Shown in pieces: positions 37,276-47,632 of a stretch of DNA of 64,000 bases (position 1 is the first letter of the stretch; each line of letters starts with the position of its first letter). The notes beneath the pieces were generated by a model that saw only the letters and a list, made by a program, of their open reading frames with translations, was not told the origin of the DNA and did not search any database. The stretch lies in assembly GCA_964636865.1 (NCBI GenBank), contig CAZWVJ010000006.1, positions 24,882-88,881 on the forward strand, given 5' to 3'. The DNA comes from an uncultured Syntrophomonadaceae bacterium (GTDB lineage: Bacteria; Bacillota; Dethiobacteria; DTU022; PWGO01). Position numbers and translations under genes: made by a program.

Positions 37276-39423
37276 ATGTTTCCCAAAGAAAAAACAAATG
37301 TCCATTCCTTTTTTTCTTTCTCGTTAGCCGGGTGCGATTTTCCCGGCTGGAACCCCGGTTTATTCAATACAGTTGCAGCGATAATAAGGGTAACAACTAT
37401 AGCAATAGTAATTATTGCCGTATTAACAGCTATTAGCAGCAATTCTATCTCACGGGCTATAGCCTCTGAGCCGGAAGATAAACAAATACACTTTAGCATT
37501 TTACACACTAATGACGAACATTCGGCATTAATCCCTCACGGAACGGCTATCGACCATCACCCGGAAAAAGAAAATCCTGCCAGGGGAGGCATGGCGCGCC
37601 TGGCTTATAAAGTCAACCGGATCAAAGAAGAAAAAGAAGCCATAGATGAAGAAGTTATGCTGGTTAATGCCGGTGACTTTATGGGAGGAACTATTTACAA
37701 CTGGCTCGTCTTTGATGGCTATGCTCCTGAACTGGATTTGTTGCAGCAGATAGGTTTTGACCTCGTAGCCATTGGCAACCACGAATTTGATCACGGGCCG
37801 GACTTGCTGGCAGATTACCTCAAAACCGCCGGCCACCCCGATGCGGGGGAAAATACTACCTTGCTTGCCACTAACACCGTCATACCCGATGATCACCCCC
37901 TGGAGAATGTAGGCATAGAAAAAACACACGTAAAAAAACTTGACCCGGGACCTAAGATAGGTTTTTTCAGTTTGATGGGCTATGATGCCATGAGGGTAAT
38001 AGTGGAATCAGGACCGGTAGATTTTATGGATCCGCATAAATCCGCGCGGGAAGCTATTTCCTTTTTAAGGGAAGAAAAAGAAGTTGACCTGGTAGTAGCC
38101 GTTAATCATTCAGGCATAACAGAAGATCGGGAACTGGCAGAAGACGTATCTGGAATTGATATTATAGTAGGCGGCCACAGCCATACCGCTATGGAAAAAC
38201 CCGAAATTATAGAAGATACCCTAATTGTGCAAGCCGGAGCACATCTGGAATATCTGGGAATTTTGGAGCTTACCTATAATCCGGAAAGTGGGGAAGTAAG
38301 ACCTCGTAATGAGGTCACGGGAACACCTTACTTGATCCCTCTAGATCATACGGTACCGCAGGATCCGGAAATAGCCTCTTCTGTGGATAAGTTTACAGAA
38401 AAATTAGAACGGATGATTTACGAACTTACCGGCGGAAACTTCAAAGACATACTTGAACCTTTTGCTACATCGGAATTTAAACTGCCCAACCAGCCTTATA
38501 ACTCTGAAAATCAACTCGGTAACCTTGTTACCGATGCAATGCGCCTGGTAGTGGAAGAAAAAACAGGCGAGGAAGTAGATTTTGCTTTTCAGGGCAGCGG
38601 CATTATTCGCAGTGAATTAGTTCCCGGCTCTGCCGATCACTCTCGGGACCTTATTTCTATTTATGACGTTACAGAGGCTGTAGCTATAGGAAGCGGGCCG
38701 GCAGGAACTCCCGGATTTCCTTTGGCCTCAGCCTATCTTACGGGGGAAGAAATTAAAGATATCCTGGAAATCTCACCCCTTGCCAGTCAATATATGGGGG
38801 ATAACTATTTCCTCCAGGTTTCGGGTTTGCGCTACGCTTATTACCCCGAGCGATTAATCCTTTTTCATATTCCCGGCATCGATTTGCCTTTTCCTTCATT
38901 TCAAGCCGTTAGTAATGTGGAAAAATACACCGAAGAAGGGCCTCAAACCGCCAAAGATGAGGATTTTGCCTCCCTGGAAATAGATGATGAAAAGTTGTAT
39001 CACATTGTCACTGATTACATCCTTTTGGAAAGAGCCGTTCCGGAAGCCAATTCCCTAATACCGTGGCTTTCCATAGAACCAAAAGACAGCGATGGCAAAC
39101 CCATAGAAAACTTTGAAGATTGCATTGTCCGGGTAGACGGAGAAGATTTTAAAGTTTGGGAAACTGTGCTGGAATACATAGACGCCCAACCTCAAACGGA
39201 TAATTCTTCCGAATTACCGCAGATAGATCCTTATTATGAAGAGACCATGGGGCGCATAAATACCGAGAGCAACACCGGTCCGCTAACATGGATAGGGGTT
39301 TATCTGGCAACTTTGTACACAATTTCCCCCTGGTTATACTTACTCCCTGCTGCTATCATTTTCGGCATTGTATTTAAATTAACACGACGGCGTATCCGCA
39401 AACAAAGCCATAAAAACAATTAA
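37276..39423 (+). CDS. Membrane-anchored bifunctional metallophosphatase/5'-nucleotidase (UshA/YfkN-like)
   Basis: Calcineurin-like motifs HTNDEH, NAGDFMGG and GNHEFDHG, plus a 5'-nucleotidase C-terminal domain. There are N-terminal and C-terminal hydrophobic anchors. The start is ATG 37276, with GGAG 8 nt upstream. The track start at 37267 is a GTG. Confidence 0.75.
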   Translation: MFPKEKTNVHSFFSFSLAGCDFPGWNPGLFNTVAAIIRVTTIAIVIIAVLTAISSNSISRAIASEPEDKQIHFSILHTNDEHSALIPHGTAIDHHPEKENPARGGMARLAYKVNRIKEEKEAIDEEVMLVNAGDFMGGTIYNWLVFDGYAPELDLLQQIGFDLVAIGNHEFDHGPDLLADYLKTAGHPDAGENTTLLATNTVIPDDHPLENVGIEKTHVKKLDPGPKIGFFSLMGYDAMRVIVESGPVDFMDPHKSAREAISFLREEKEVDLVVAVNHSGITEDRELAEDVSGIDIIVGGHSHTAMEKPEIIEDTLIVQAGAHLEYLGILELTYNPESGEVRPRNEVTGTPYLIPLDHTVPQDPEIASSVDKFTEKLERMIYELTGGNFKDILEPFATSEFKLPNQPYNSENQLGNLVTDAMRLVVEEKTGEEVDFAFQGSGIIRSELVPGSADHSRDLISIYDVTEAVAIGSGPAGTPGFPLASAYLTGEEIKDILEISPLASQYMGDNYFLQVSGLRYAYYPERLILFHIPGIDLPFPSFQAVSNVEKYTEEGPQTAKDEDFASLEIDDEKLYHIVTDYILLERAVPEANSLIPWLSIEPKDSDGKPIENFEDCIVRVDGEDFKVWETVLEYIDAQPQTDNSSELPQIDPYYEETMGRINTESNTGPLTWIGVYLATLYTISPWLYLLPAAIIFGIVFKLTRRRIRKQSHKNN

Positions 39424-39472
39424 TAATACCGGAAGAAGTTTGGTAGGAGCTTATTAATCCAAATTTAACTAT

Positions 39473-40402
39473 TTATTTCAGAGAAGCCACCTGGCGCCGG
39501 AGCCCATACCGCAAATCCACCCGGGGATCAAACCCCAGTAACTTCCGGGCAGAGGAAGTATCAGCAAAAGTGTGGCGAGGATCGCCTTTTTGGGGTTGTT
39601 GGAATTCAACCCTGGCCTTTCGTTCCGTGAGCTCTTCCAGTATGGCAATAACTTGATTCACCGTTACCTGAGATCCTCCACCAACATTAAAAATTTTACC
39701 TTCTACACCTGTAACATCAGCCGCCGCAAGGTTGGCATCTACTGCGTCGTCAATATATGTAAAATCGCGGGTCTGCTCCCCATCACCGTAAACATAAAGG
39801 GGACGATTTTCCAAAAGGGAGCGAATAAATATATTAAAAGCCATATCAGGCCTCTGGCCGGGCCCGTATACTGTAAAATAACGCAGCGACACAACAGGAA
39901 CATTATAATTGTAATAATAGAGGTTTCCCAAGTGCTCACCGGCTAACTTGGAAACACCATAAGGAGACACCGGTTGAGGATATGCGTTTTCCGAAACCGG
40001 AAGTTCCGCCACTTCCCCATAAATCGAGGAAGAGGAAGCATATACAAACTTTTCTAACGGAATGAACCTGCATACTTCCAACAGCTTCTGCGTAGCCAGA
40101 ATATTATTATGAGTGTAAGCATCAAAACTTTTTCCCCAGCTTTTCCTTACTCCTGCCTGGGCTGCCTGGTGAAAAACAACCCCTACCCCTTCCAATTCTC
40201 TTTCGGAAAGCTCAGCAACATCCATATCTAAAAGGGTAAAATTACTGTAATTCCGTAAATCCTTAATATTGGCCTCCTTCAATCTACGGTCATAATAGTC
40301 GGTAAAATTATCTACGCCGATAACCCGGCTTTCCCCGTGCAAAAGAGCCCTGGCCAGATGAGAACCAATAAAGCCAGCTGCGCCGGTAACCAAGTATTTC
40401 AC
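39473..40402 (-). CDS. NAD-dependent nucleotide-sugar epimerase/dehydratase (UDP-glucuronate/UDP-glucose 4-epimerase-like)
   Basis: 309 aa. N-terminal VTGAAGFIGSHL and the short-chain dehydrogenase YxxxK region. Confidence 0.75.
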   Translation of the reverse strand: MKYLVTGAAGFIGSHLARALLHGESRVIGVDNFTDYYDRRLKEANIKDLRNYSNFTLLDMDVAELSERELEGVGVVFHQAAQAGVRKSWGKSFDAYTHNNILATQKLLEVCRFIPLEKFVYASSSSIYGEVAELPVSENAYPQPVSPYGVSKLAGEHLGNLYYYNYNVPVVSLRYFTVYGPGQRPDMAFNIFIRSLLENRPLYVYGDGEQTRDFTYIDDAVDANLAAADVTGVEGKIFNVGGGSQVTVNQVIAILEELTERKARVEFQQPQKGDPRHTFADTSSARKLLGFDPRVDLRYGLRRQVASLK

Positions 40403-40445
40403 TATTCGTCCTCCCTTAAAAAGCAGTTATTTCCCTCGTTTTTAT

Positions 40446-40994
40446 TCACAGATAAAGAACTTCCCCCTTAAGAACTCCATTTTCTTGCCAAAGGCGCCCA
40501 CAAGAGGGATAATTCCTGCCCCGCGGTTGTACCGGAGAACCGGGATTAAACAATAAAACTCCTTTTAAGTATTCATGAATAGGGAAATGAGTATGACCAA
40601 AGATAACGCCGCTTAACGGGTAATGTGCAGATGCAAATGCCTCATAAGCTTGTTTGGAGGCCTCTCTACTTCTGCCCCGACCGTGCATCAACCCTATGTA
40701 TATACCGCCTGCCGAAACAATTTTCATATTTCCCAGTTTTTGGTACAAACGCATAGAATCCATATTACCGGCAACCGCTTCCACCGGAGCAATAGCCTTT
40801 AATTCATCTATAATCTTTTCCTCTTCCAGATCACCCGCATGTAAAATAAAGTCGGCTCCCTCCAAAAGGCGAAAAATCTTTGGGGGCAAAGAACGGGCAC
40901 GAGCGGGCACGTGAGTATCGGAAATTACGCCAATCCATCCTCCCGCAGATAAGGTGTGTTCCACTACCACAAAATCTTCCATACCGGCTATCAC
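40446..40994 (-). CDS. Metallophosphoesterase (YfcE/MJ0936 family)
   Basis: 182 aa. GVISDTHVP...HAGDL...GHTH motifs. Confidence 0.7.
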   Translation of the reverse strand: MIAGMEDFVVVEHTLSAGGWIGVISDTHVPARARSLPPKIFRLLEGADFILHAGDLEEEKIIDELKAIAPVEAVAGNMDSMRLYQKLGNMKIVSAGGIYIGLMHGRGRSREASKQAYEAFASAHYPLSGVIFGHTHFPIHEYLKGVLLFNPGSPVQPRGRNYPSCGRLWQENGVLKGEVLYL

Positions 40995-41086
40995 CCTTTA
41001 AACAGATAATAAAAACTCACTCAATAGAAGGAGACCTCTTCATAGTTATAAAGAACCATAAAGATTCAAAAATTTGGTCGCTCTGT

Positions 41087-41626
41087 TTAAAAATAAGGTT
41101 TTTCCCACTCATCAAGGTAAACCATCTCTTCAAGTTCCATGCGAGGGCGGGGCTGTGGTTCCTTAGCGGGAAAGCCCACCGGCGTCATAGCTACAACTTT
41201 ATATTCCGGAGGAACATTACAGGCACTTCGAGCTGTGCCCTCATCAAACATAGCCACCCAACAGGTCCCGAGGCCGTGCGCATGTGCAGCCAACATTAAC
41301 TGCTGCATAGCCAGACCGGTGTCCAGTAAATAATATTCTTTACCATCAAGCTTTCCGGAAGCATCGGGATCACCGCAAACCACTATCGCCACCGGAGCAT
41401 CTACCAAAGCTTTCACCGCCGGATTACCCTCATATAAAGATTCCGCCAATTTCTTTTTCTTTTCCGAATCACGCACTACGATAAAGCGCCAGCACTGCAG
41501 ATTTTTCCACGAAGGCGCCTGACGTGCTGCTTCAAGCAGATCATTTATAAGATCCGATGAAACCTCCTTGTTAGTATCATACTTACGTACACTCCGCCTA
41601 TTTTCCAGAGCCGTCCGAATATCCAT
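41087..41626 (-). CDS. Nitroreductase family protein
   Basis: ALENRRSVRKY...APSWKNLQCWRFIVV matches the nitroreductase fold. The start is ATG 41626 (MDIRTALEN...), with AGGAGG upstream. The longer track ORF begins at an upstream alternative start. Confidence 0.7.
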   Translation of the reverse strand: MDIRTALENRRSVRKYDTNKEVSSDLINDLLEAARQAPSWKNLQCWRFIVVRDSEKKKKLAESLYEGNPAVKALVDAPVAIVVCGDPDASGKLDGKEYYLLDTGLAMQQLMLAAHAHGLGTCWVAMFDEGTARSACNVPPEYKVVAMTPVGFPAKEPQPRPRMELEEMVYLDEWEKPYF

Positions 41627-42035
41627 ACTTACCCCTCCTGTCTCCTGTTTTCTTAAATCACAGCGGCAAATAAACTTCCTTAATTTAGCCGGAAAGTGAA
41701 ATACTTTCTTAACAAACATACTAATACATTAAGCCCTACCCGTAAAGTAATAAAGAAATATTGCTGTTAACTGCCATCCTAAGCTAATTTATAAAGCAAG
41801 AAGTTGAACATTTTGAAGAAATTATAAAAAAAATTTGCTATATATGTAGAAATATTGATCAAATTATGTTAAAATCTATAAACAATTTAATATCTAAAAA
41901 AATTCTTTATATAATCCAAATACATAGTAACACATAGTAGCAAATTAAAAGCACTGTCAGAAAAAATTCCGGCATGTTTTGCAATCGTTAATCTTGGCAA
42001 AACTCTTTTTTAAAAAGGAGGAGAGCTTAGAAAAA

Positions 42036-44276
42036 ATGATAAAGAAGAAGCAAATACCTTTAAATTTTGCCATTCTTGTTTATGTTTTTTTGATTTTAGC
42101 TTTCCTGTTTATCCTTGGTCATAATGAGATTATAGGGAATAAAATAGCAAGCACCGCATCCACAGCAAATATACACACTGAAATTCAGGAGAAGCTGGAT
42201 AAAGGCAAAGATTCAGTAGAGGCTATAATATTACTCGAAGAAAAAGCCAATACCGCAAAAGTATCGCAAGCAGTAAGGGAGCATGTCCGCCCCTTTGCCA
42301 GTGGAGAACAAATTAAAACCATGAGTTGCCGGGCAGTAGTAACTTCTCTTCAAAACACCGCAAAGAAAACCCAAGAACCCCTTTTGGATTACTTGCAAAG
42401 TGAAAAGGAAGAAAATAAGGTAGATAAAATTAAAGAGTTTTTTATAGTAAACGCCATTTATGTGAAAGCCGATTCTACAGTAATAGAAGCACTTTCCCAT
42501 GATTCGGCAGTAGATAAAATTATACCCAACTTAACTTTTAAGCTTCAGCAGGAAGAAATCTCGACAGATAAAACTTCTCCCACTGACGTCCAACCTTCCG
42601 AAGATAACCTGGAATGGGGTATTGAAAGAATAAATGCCCACCGGGTTTGGAATGAATTTGATATAGACGGGGAAGGAATCGTGATAGGTATTTTGGATAC
42701 AGGGGTGAATTGGGAACACGAAGCCTTGAAAGAGAAATGGCGGGGATATTGCCCTGACGGCAACCATGATCCAACATACAGCTGGTATGATGCCAAATAT
42801 GGTAAAAATATGCCGGTAGATGTAAGTGAGCACGGTACCCACGTTGCGGGCACTGCCGTAGGTGCTGATCCGGATGGCAAAAATAAAATTGGTGTGGCAC
42901 CCGGCTCACAGTGGATAGCGGCAAATGCTTTTAATAACAATGAGAGTGCTGAGTACAGTGACCTCATAGAAGCTGGAGAGTACCTTCTTGCTCCAGATGG
43001 CAACCCGGATAAGTCTCCGGATATCATTACCAATGCCTGGGGAGGACCTTGGCGTGACAACCCGATTTTCAGGGAAGTGATCCAGAGATGGCGGGATGCC
43101 GGGATTTTCCCGGTAGTAGCTGCCGGTAACACCCGCAATGGAGCACACAAAGGCTCCATCTTACTTCCGGGTATTTACCCGGAAAGTATAACCGTGGGGG
43201 CCACTAACAGCAATGATCGGCGAGCGGATTGGTCCAACCGGGGTCCGGCAAAGTATTATCCCGAAGAATTAAAACCCAACATTTCCGCCCCGGGGAATAA
43301 TATTCGTTCAGCAACAAAAGGCATCGCCGGCTACGATTATAAAAGCGGCACTTCAATGGCTACCCCTCATGTTGCGGGAGCAGCAGCCTTGTTACTTTCC
43401 TACGACCAAGGCTTATCTGTGGAAAAAGTAGAAGAAACTCTCTTCTCTACCGCTACTCCCCGGACAGATGAGGATTACGATGACTATCCCAATTACGGCT
43501 ATGGGTACGGCATTGTTAACGCTGCAGCAGCAATAGATTCCTTGCACTACGAAGTCACTATCGAGGATGATGGACTGGAAGAAGTTATACGCCAAAAGTT
43601 GGACAAAGAAAACAATGAAGACTATCTGGAATACGTTTTAACCAGAATAGACATGGAGCAGTTGGAAGAACTGGACCTCAGCGGAAAAACTATTGAAAGC
43701 CTGGCAGGGCTGGAATATGCTATAAACTTGGAAAATCTTTACCTGGGGAAAGATAAACCTGTTCCTGTCATAATGACCTACTTAGAAATTGCTTCTAATA
43801 ATATATTTGTCAGTACCAATGAAACCGACAAAGAAGAAATAATTAAACTCAATGTAATTCCCGGCAACGCTGACATACATGATATTACGTGGACATCAAA
43901 TGATCCTTTTATGGCCGAAGTTGCAAATTTTGAAGAAGATAATAAATCTACAATTTATCCTCGGGCAACAGGCTCTACGGAAATTATTAATAAAGTTAAA
44001 AGTGTAACCCTTGAGGGAAAAGAAAGTATTCATGAAACTACCTGCAAAATAGAAGTTATTAAGTATGGAGATGTAACTGGAGACGGTAACATAAAAGTAG
44101 CTGATTCCATTAATATTTTAAGACATGTTGTAGAAATTAAAAAACTTGAGGGGTGTTATAAAGAAGCCGCTCTGGTAGCAGATAATAACAATGAGAATGT
44201 CTCCTCTAAAGATGCTTTAACTATCTTGCGATACCTCGTTGGACGTCAGGAAGAACTTCCGGTTGGGGTAAATTAA
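42036..44276 (+). CDS. Secreted S8 subtilisin-like serine peptidase with I9 propeptide, LRR segment, Ig-like region and C-terminal type-I dockerin
   Basis: Catalytic triad regions GILDTGV (Asp), HGTHVAGT (His) and GTSMATPHVAGAAALL (Ser). The N-terminus has a signal/transmembrane anchor. LRR-like LEELDLSGKTIESLAGLEYAINLENLYLG. C-terminal duplicated dockerin segments GDVTGDGNIKVADSINILRHVV and ADNNNENVSSKDALTILRYLVG. The start is ATG 42036. Confidence 0.8.
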   Translation: MIKKKQIPLNFAILVYVFLILAFLFILGHNEIIGNKIASTASTANIHTEIQEKLDKGKDSVEAIILLEEKANTAKVSQAVREHVRPFASGEQIKTMSCRAVVTSLQNTAKKTQEPLLDYLQSEKEENKVDKIKEFFIVNAIYVKADSTVIEALSHDSAVDKIIPNLTFKLQQEEISTDKTSPTDVQPSEDNLEWGIERINAHRVWNEFDIDGEGIVIGILDTGVNWEHEALKEKWRGYCPDGNHDPTYSWYDAKYGKNMPVDVSEHGTHVAGTAVGADPDGKNKIGVAPGSQWIAANAFNNNESAEYSDLIEAGEYLLAPDGNPDKSPDIITNAWGGPWRDNPIFREVIQRWRDAGIFPVVAAGNTRNGAHKGSILLPGIYPESITVGATNSNDRRADWSNRGPAKYYPEELKPNISAPGNNIRSATKGIAGYDYKSGTSMATPHVAGAAALLLSYDQGLSVEKVEETLFSTATPRTDEDYDDYPNYGYGYGIVNAAAAIDSLHYEVTIEDDGLEEVIRQKLDKENNEDYLEYVLTRIDMEQLEELDLSGKTIESLAGLEYAINLENLYLGKDKPVPVIMTYLEIASNNIFVSTNETDKEEIIKLNVIPGNADIHDITWTSNDPFMAEVANFEEDNKSTIYPRATGSTEIINKVKSVTLEGKESIHETTCKIEVIKYGDVTGDGNIKVADSINILRHVVEIKKLEGCYKEAALVADNNNENVSSKDALTILRYLVGRQEELPVGVN

Positions 44277-44308
44277 AAAATCAGTATCAAAATAATCTAT
44301 GTGGAAAC

Positions 44309-45604
44309 TTACTCTTCTTCATTTTCTTCCTCATCTTCTACTTGGTCATCTTTTTCCGAAGCATCCTCTTCCTCGTCTCCATAACCATTCTCACTGCCAT
44401 TTTCGGCATCATCTTCTTCTGCTTCTTCACCTTCAAATTCTTCATCCACCGAATTGTTTTCGTTTTCTTCTACCTCTAATTCTCCTTCCGGCTCAGGTTC
44501 CGGTTCAGGCGGGGGATCATACTCAACTTCAGGTTCACTCTCTTCTTCTACCGGTGGAACTTCTTCTTGCGGTGTAACTCTTTGACCGGGGAGAGGTTTC
44601 TGCGGTCTCTTCTCTACTGCTACCCCAAAAACATCTTCAATCAATTCTACTCTTTTTTCTTCATCCACTACCAGGTACCAAATACCGCGTGCATCATGCT
44701 GACCACTTCCTTCAAAAGTGTAGGCATCAATTTCGGAAGTATCTATTTCCATCCCATACAGCGCTAACGCCCCCATCTGGGAAACCGAAAGGTTTGTGTC
44801 CACATGTTCCTGCAAAGATCTATATATCTCGGGAACTTGTTTTAGCTTGCCCCTATCTTTCATTTGTTCAAAAGCTTCTATCATTATATTTTGCTGTCTC
44901 TCCATTCTGGCAAAGTCATGATCCATATGTCGGGCCCGAAGATACTCCATAAATTTATCTCCGTCCAATTTCTGAAATCCCTCGTGGACGACTATCTCGC
45001 CCCGGCCGGCATGAGAGCGCACCGTAACATCAACATCATAATATATGCCGCCCACGGTATCGATAATTTCTACCACACCATCCATATCCAGAACTACATA
45101 ATAATGCATGGGCACTCCACCCAGGAAATTTTGGATGGTTCTCACAGTGGTTTTAATCCCGTTTAAATGAGGATCTTGAGCTCCCGGGTTCCGATAGCCG
45201 TACCCATACGCATGGTTAATTTTGTCATGTCCATCTTGACCATAAATTTCCACATAAGTATCTCGCTGAATACTAATTATAGAAACATCTTTAGTTTCAA
45301 AATTAATAGAGAGCACCATGATAGTGTCCGGACGATAAGCTCCATTTCCGTACTCATCATCACGGGAAGCTTTCCGGTCAAAACCCAAAAGGGCAAAATT
45401 AATAATATTTTTGTCAAAGTTACGGGCAACTTCGCTTTCCCAATCTACCATGGAATCTCCATTTTCCTGAGGTTGTAAAATCCTGAGTGTATCCTGCATG
45501 TGGTTATAAACCGTAGCCCCGGCTAGTATAAGAACCACTGCACAAGCCACTACAATTAAAATAATTCTTATTATTTTCTGTTTCCGAGTTCTTTTTCGTT
45601 TCAT
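44309..45604 (-). CDS. LytR-CpsA-Psr (LCP) family cell-wall glycopolymer phosphotransferase with long acidic C-terminal tail
   Basis: 431 aa. N-terminal transmembrane helix, LCP core (...RPDTIMVLSIN...IISIQRDTYVEI...). The last approximately 120 aa are Glu/Asp/Pro-rich low complexity. Confidence 0.75.
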   Translation of the reverse strand: MKRKRTRKQKIIRIILIVVACAVVLILAGATVYNHMQDTLRILQPQENGDSMVDWESEVARNFDKNIINFALLGFDRKASRDDEYGNGAYRPDTIMVLSINFETKDVSIISIQRDTYVEIYGQDGHDKINHAYGYGYRNPGAQDPHLNGIKTTVRTIQNFLGGVPMHYYVVLDMDGVVEIIDTVGGIYYDVDVTVRSHAGRGEIVVHEGFQKLDGDKFMEYLRARHMDHDFARMERQQNIMIEAFEQMKDRGKLKQVPEIYRSLQEHVDTNLSVSQMGALALYGMEIDTSEIDAYTFEGSGQHDARGIWYLVVDEEKRVELIEDVFGVAVEKRPQKPLPGQRVTPQEEVPPVEEESEPEVEYDPPPEPEPEPEGELEVEENENNSVDEEFEGEEAEEDDAENGSENGYGDEEEDASEKDDQVEDEEENEEE

Positions 45605-46049
45605 TTACTTCTGCCCCCCATCTTTGCCTATTAAATCATAAGTCTGGCAATGTAAGGTTGATAGGGCCATTATGTAACAAATAGGTAATATAAAATTATA
45701 GCTATTATCATTATTCTTGTTTTTCATATTATCTTCCCTTACTCTTAAACAAAATAATTATTAACTAAATACTTCCCCAATAGATATTACGGAAATTTTT
45801 ATTATTTTCTTTTTACTTAAAGACTTTAAAGGCTTATAATCCTCACTTAACTCTTTCTTAATTTGTTCCTTATGATTAAAAATATCATTAAAAAAATCTT
45901 ATCTTCAAATAAAAAGGTTAATATATAATGTTATATAGTTTAATCTACAATATGGATTAATCCTGCATATTTCATCTTAAAATATCATAACATATAAACC
46001 TATATCTACACTTATATGTTAAAAAAGTTTAATGCTGGCAGCTTATTCT

Positions 46050-47429
46050 TTAGCAGCCTATGCCCAGGTAAGTAAATCCGCAATTCTGCATCTCTTCGCC
46101 GGAAAGATAATTACGCCCATCAATAAATATCGCCTGGCGCATAGTTTCCGCCAGATCCTGCCAGGGCACATGCAAAAAATGCTCCCAGTCAGTTAAAAGA
46201 ACCAATGCATCACTTTCCCGAGCTGTTTCTTCCACCGTGGAAGCATAAGTTATATCTTGATGGGGAAAATTCTGACGGTAGTTTTCCAATGCTACCGGAT
46301 CATAAACCTTAATACTGGCACCCATCTCCAATAATTCAGCAATAATTTCAATAGCCGGGGATTCCCGAATATCATCGGTATTGGGTTTGAAAGCCAGGCC
46401 TAAAATACCTATAGTACTGCCGCGAATTACCTTTAAAGAAGCCTGTAGTTTCTCTACAATCCTTTTGCGCTGTTTATGATTTATCTCTACAGCCGCTGAA
46501 GTAATAGGCATATCCACTCCATACTGTTTACCGGTAAAGAGAATTGACCGCGTATCCTTGGGAAAACAACTACCACCCCAACCTACACCGGCATTTAAAA
46601 ACCCCGACCCAATCCGCTTATCCAGGCCTATCCCTTTGGCCACTTCTCGAATATCCGCTCCCACACGCTCGGCAATGCCGGAAAATTCATTGATAAATGA
46701 AATCTTCATGGCTAAAAAGGCATTGGAAGCATATTTAATGAGTTCCGCGCTGGTAGGTGCTGTAGTGACAAAAGCAGGCATTCCGTAGCTTTCCGGGCGA
46801 GGAACTAGCCGGGGCGGCGTAAAAGTTTGCTCCAATATGGGAGCATACATCTGGCGTAGCACATTTACCGCTTGCAGCTCATCTGCTCCTATCACAATCC
46901 GATCCGGATAAAAAGTATCATGCAGAGCCGCGCCTTCACGCAAAAATTCAGGATTGGAAGCTACACTGTAATTACCTTCAAGCCCTCTCTTCCTTAGCTC
47001 TTCTTTGATTACCGTATCTACACGGCTGGCCGTGCCAATGGGAACCGTAGACTTGTTTACCACCACCAGGAATTTTTCCGGCGCTATAGTGTCTCCTATT
47101 TCCCTGGCTACATTTTCTACATAAGTAAGGTCGGTATCTCCGTTATACTTGGCAGGAGTACCCACTGCAATAACCACTACATCAGAATCCGGCAAACTAT
47201 CCGGCAGGTTTCCGGAAAAAGATAAATTTGCAGCAGCTTCGACTAAAAGCTCTTCCACACCCGGCTCATAAATAGTAGCTGTACCATTTTTTAGTTTTTC
47301 AACCACTTCCGGATTTTTATCTACACAGGTAACACGGTGCCCCAAATAAGCAAGCGCCACGCCGGTAGTTAGGCCCACATACCCGGTGCCCACAATGGTT
47401 ATGGCAAGTTTTTCGCTTTTCATAGTCAT
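46050..47429 (-). CDS. ugd: UDP-glucose 6-dehydrogenase / nucleotide-sugar dehydrogenase
   Basis: 459 aa. N-terminal IVGTGYVGLTTGVALA NAD-binding motif and catalytic Cys region (GGSCFPKD). Confidence 0.85.
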   Translation of the reverse strand: MTMKSEKLAITIVGTGYVGLTTGVALAYLGHRVTCVDKNPEVVEKLKNGTATIYEPGVEELLVEAAANLSFSGNLPDSLPDSDVVVIAVGTPAKYNGDTDLTYVENVAREIGDTIAPEKFLVVVNKSTVPIGTASRVDTVIKEELRKRGLEGNYSVASNPEFLREGAALHDTFYPDRIVIGADELQAVNVLRQMYAPILEQTFTPPRLVPRPESYGMPAFVTTAPTSAELIKYASNAFLAMKISFINEFSGIAERVGADIREVAKGIGLDKRIGSGFLNAGVGWGGSCFPKDTRSILFTGKQYGVDMPITSAAVEINHKQRKRIVEKLQASLKVIRGSTIGILGLAFKPNTDDIRESPAIEIIAELLEMGASIKVYDPVALENYRQNFPHQDITYASTVEETARESDALVLLTDWEHFLHVPWQDLAETMRQAIFIDGRNYLSGEEMQNCGFTYLGIGC

Positions 47430-47632
47430 GGAATATTAATACTCCTTTCCAAAAATTCTAAATTTCTGTATTCTATTATAATTTCCGTAATGATTATTTA
47501 CAACCTCCTGCCTTTCTGCGAGAAATACGGCTTAAATATCTGCCTGAGTTCATTTTTTATTTCTTGCCTTAAGTTTACCTAATAAAATTACCCACTTCTT
47601 TTTTTACCCAAAGGAAACTGTATCTTTTTTAT

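Noticed and set aside
37528-37929. 133-aa minus-strand ORF and 180-aa ORF 36966-37508 near the 5'-nucleotidase start
   Set aside because: They are antisense to or overlap the well-supported nucleotidase CDS and its promoter. They have hydrophobic low-complexity translations and no ribosome-binding site.
42531-43159. Several 100-200-aa minus-strand ORFs (42531-42842, 42538-42924, 42545-43159, 42906-43148) inside the subtilase gene
   Set aside because: They are entirely antisense to a well-supported S8 peptidase CDS. They have low-complexity, Pro/Ser/Arg-rich translations typical of antisense frames, and no ribosome-binding sites.
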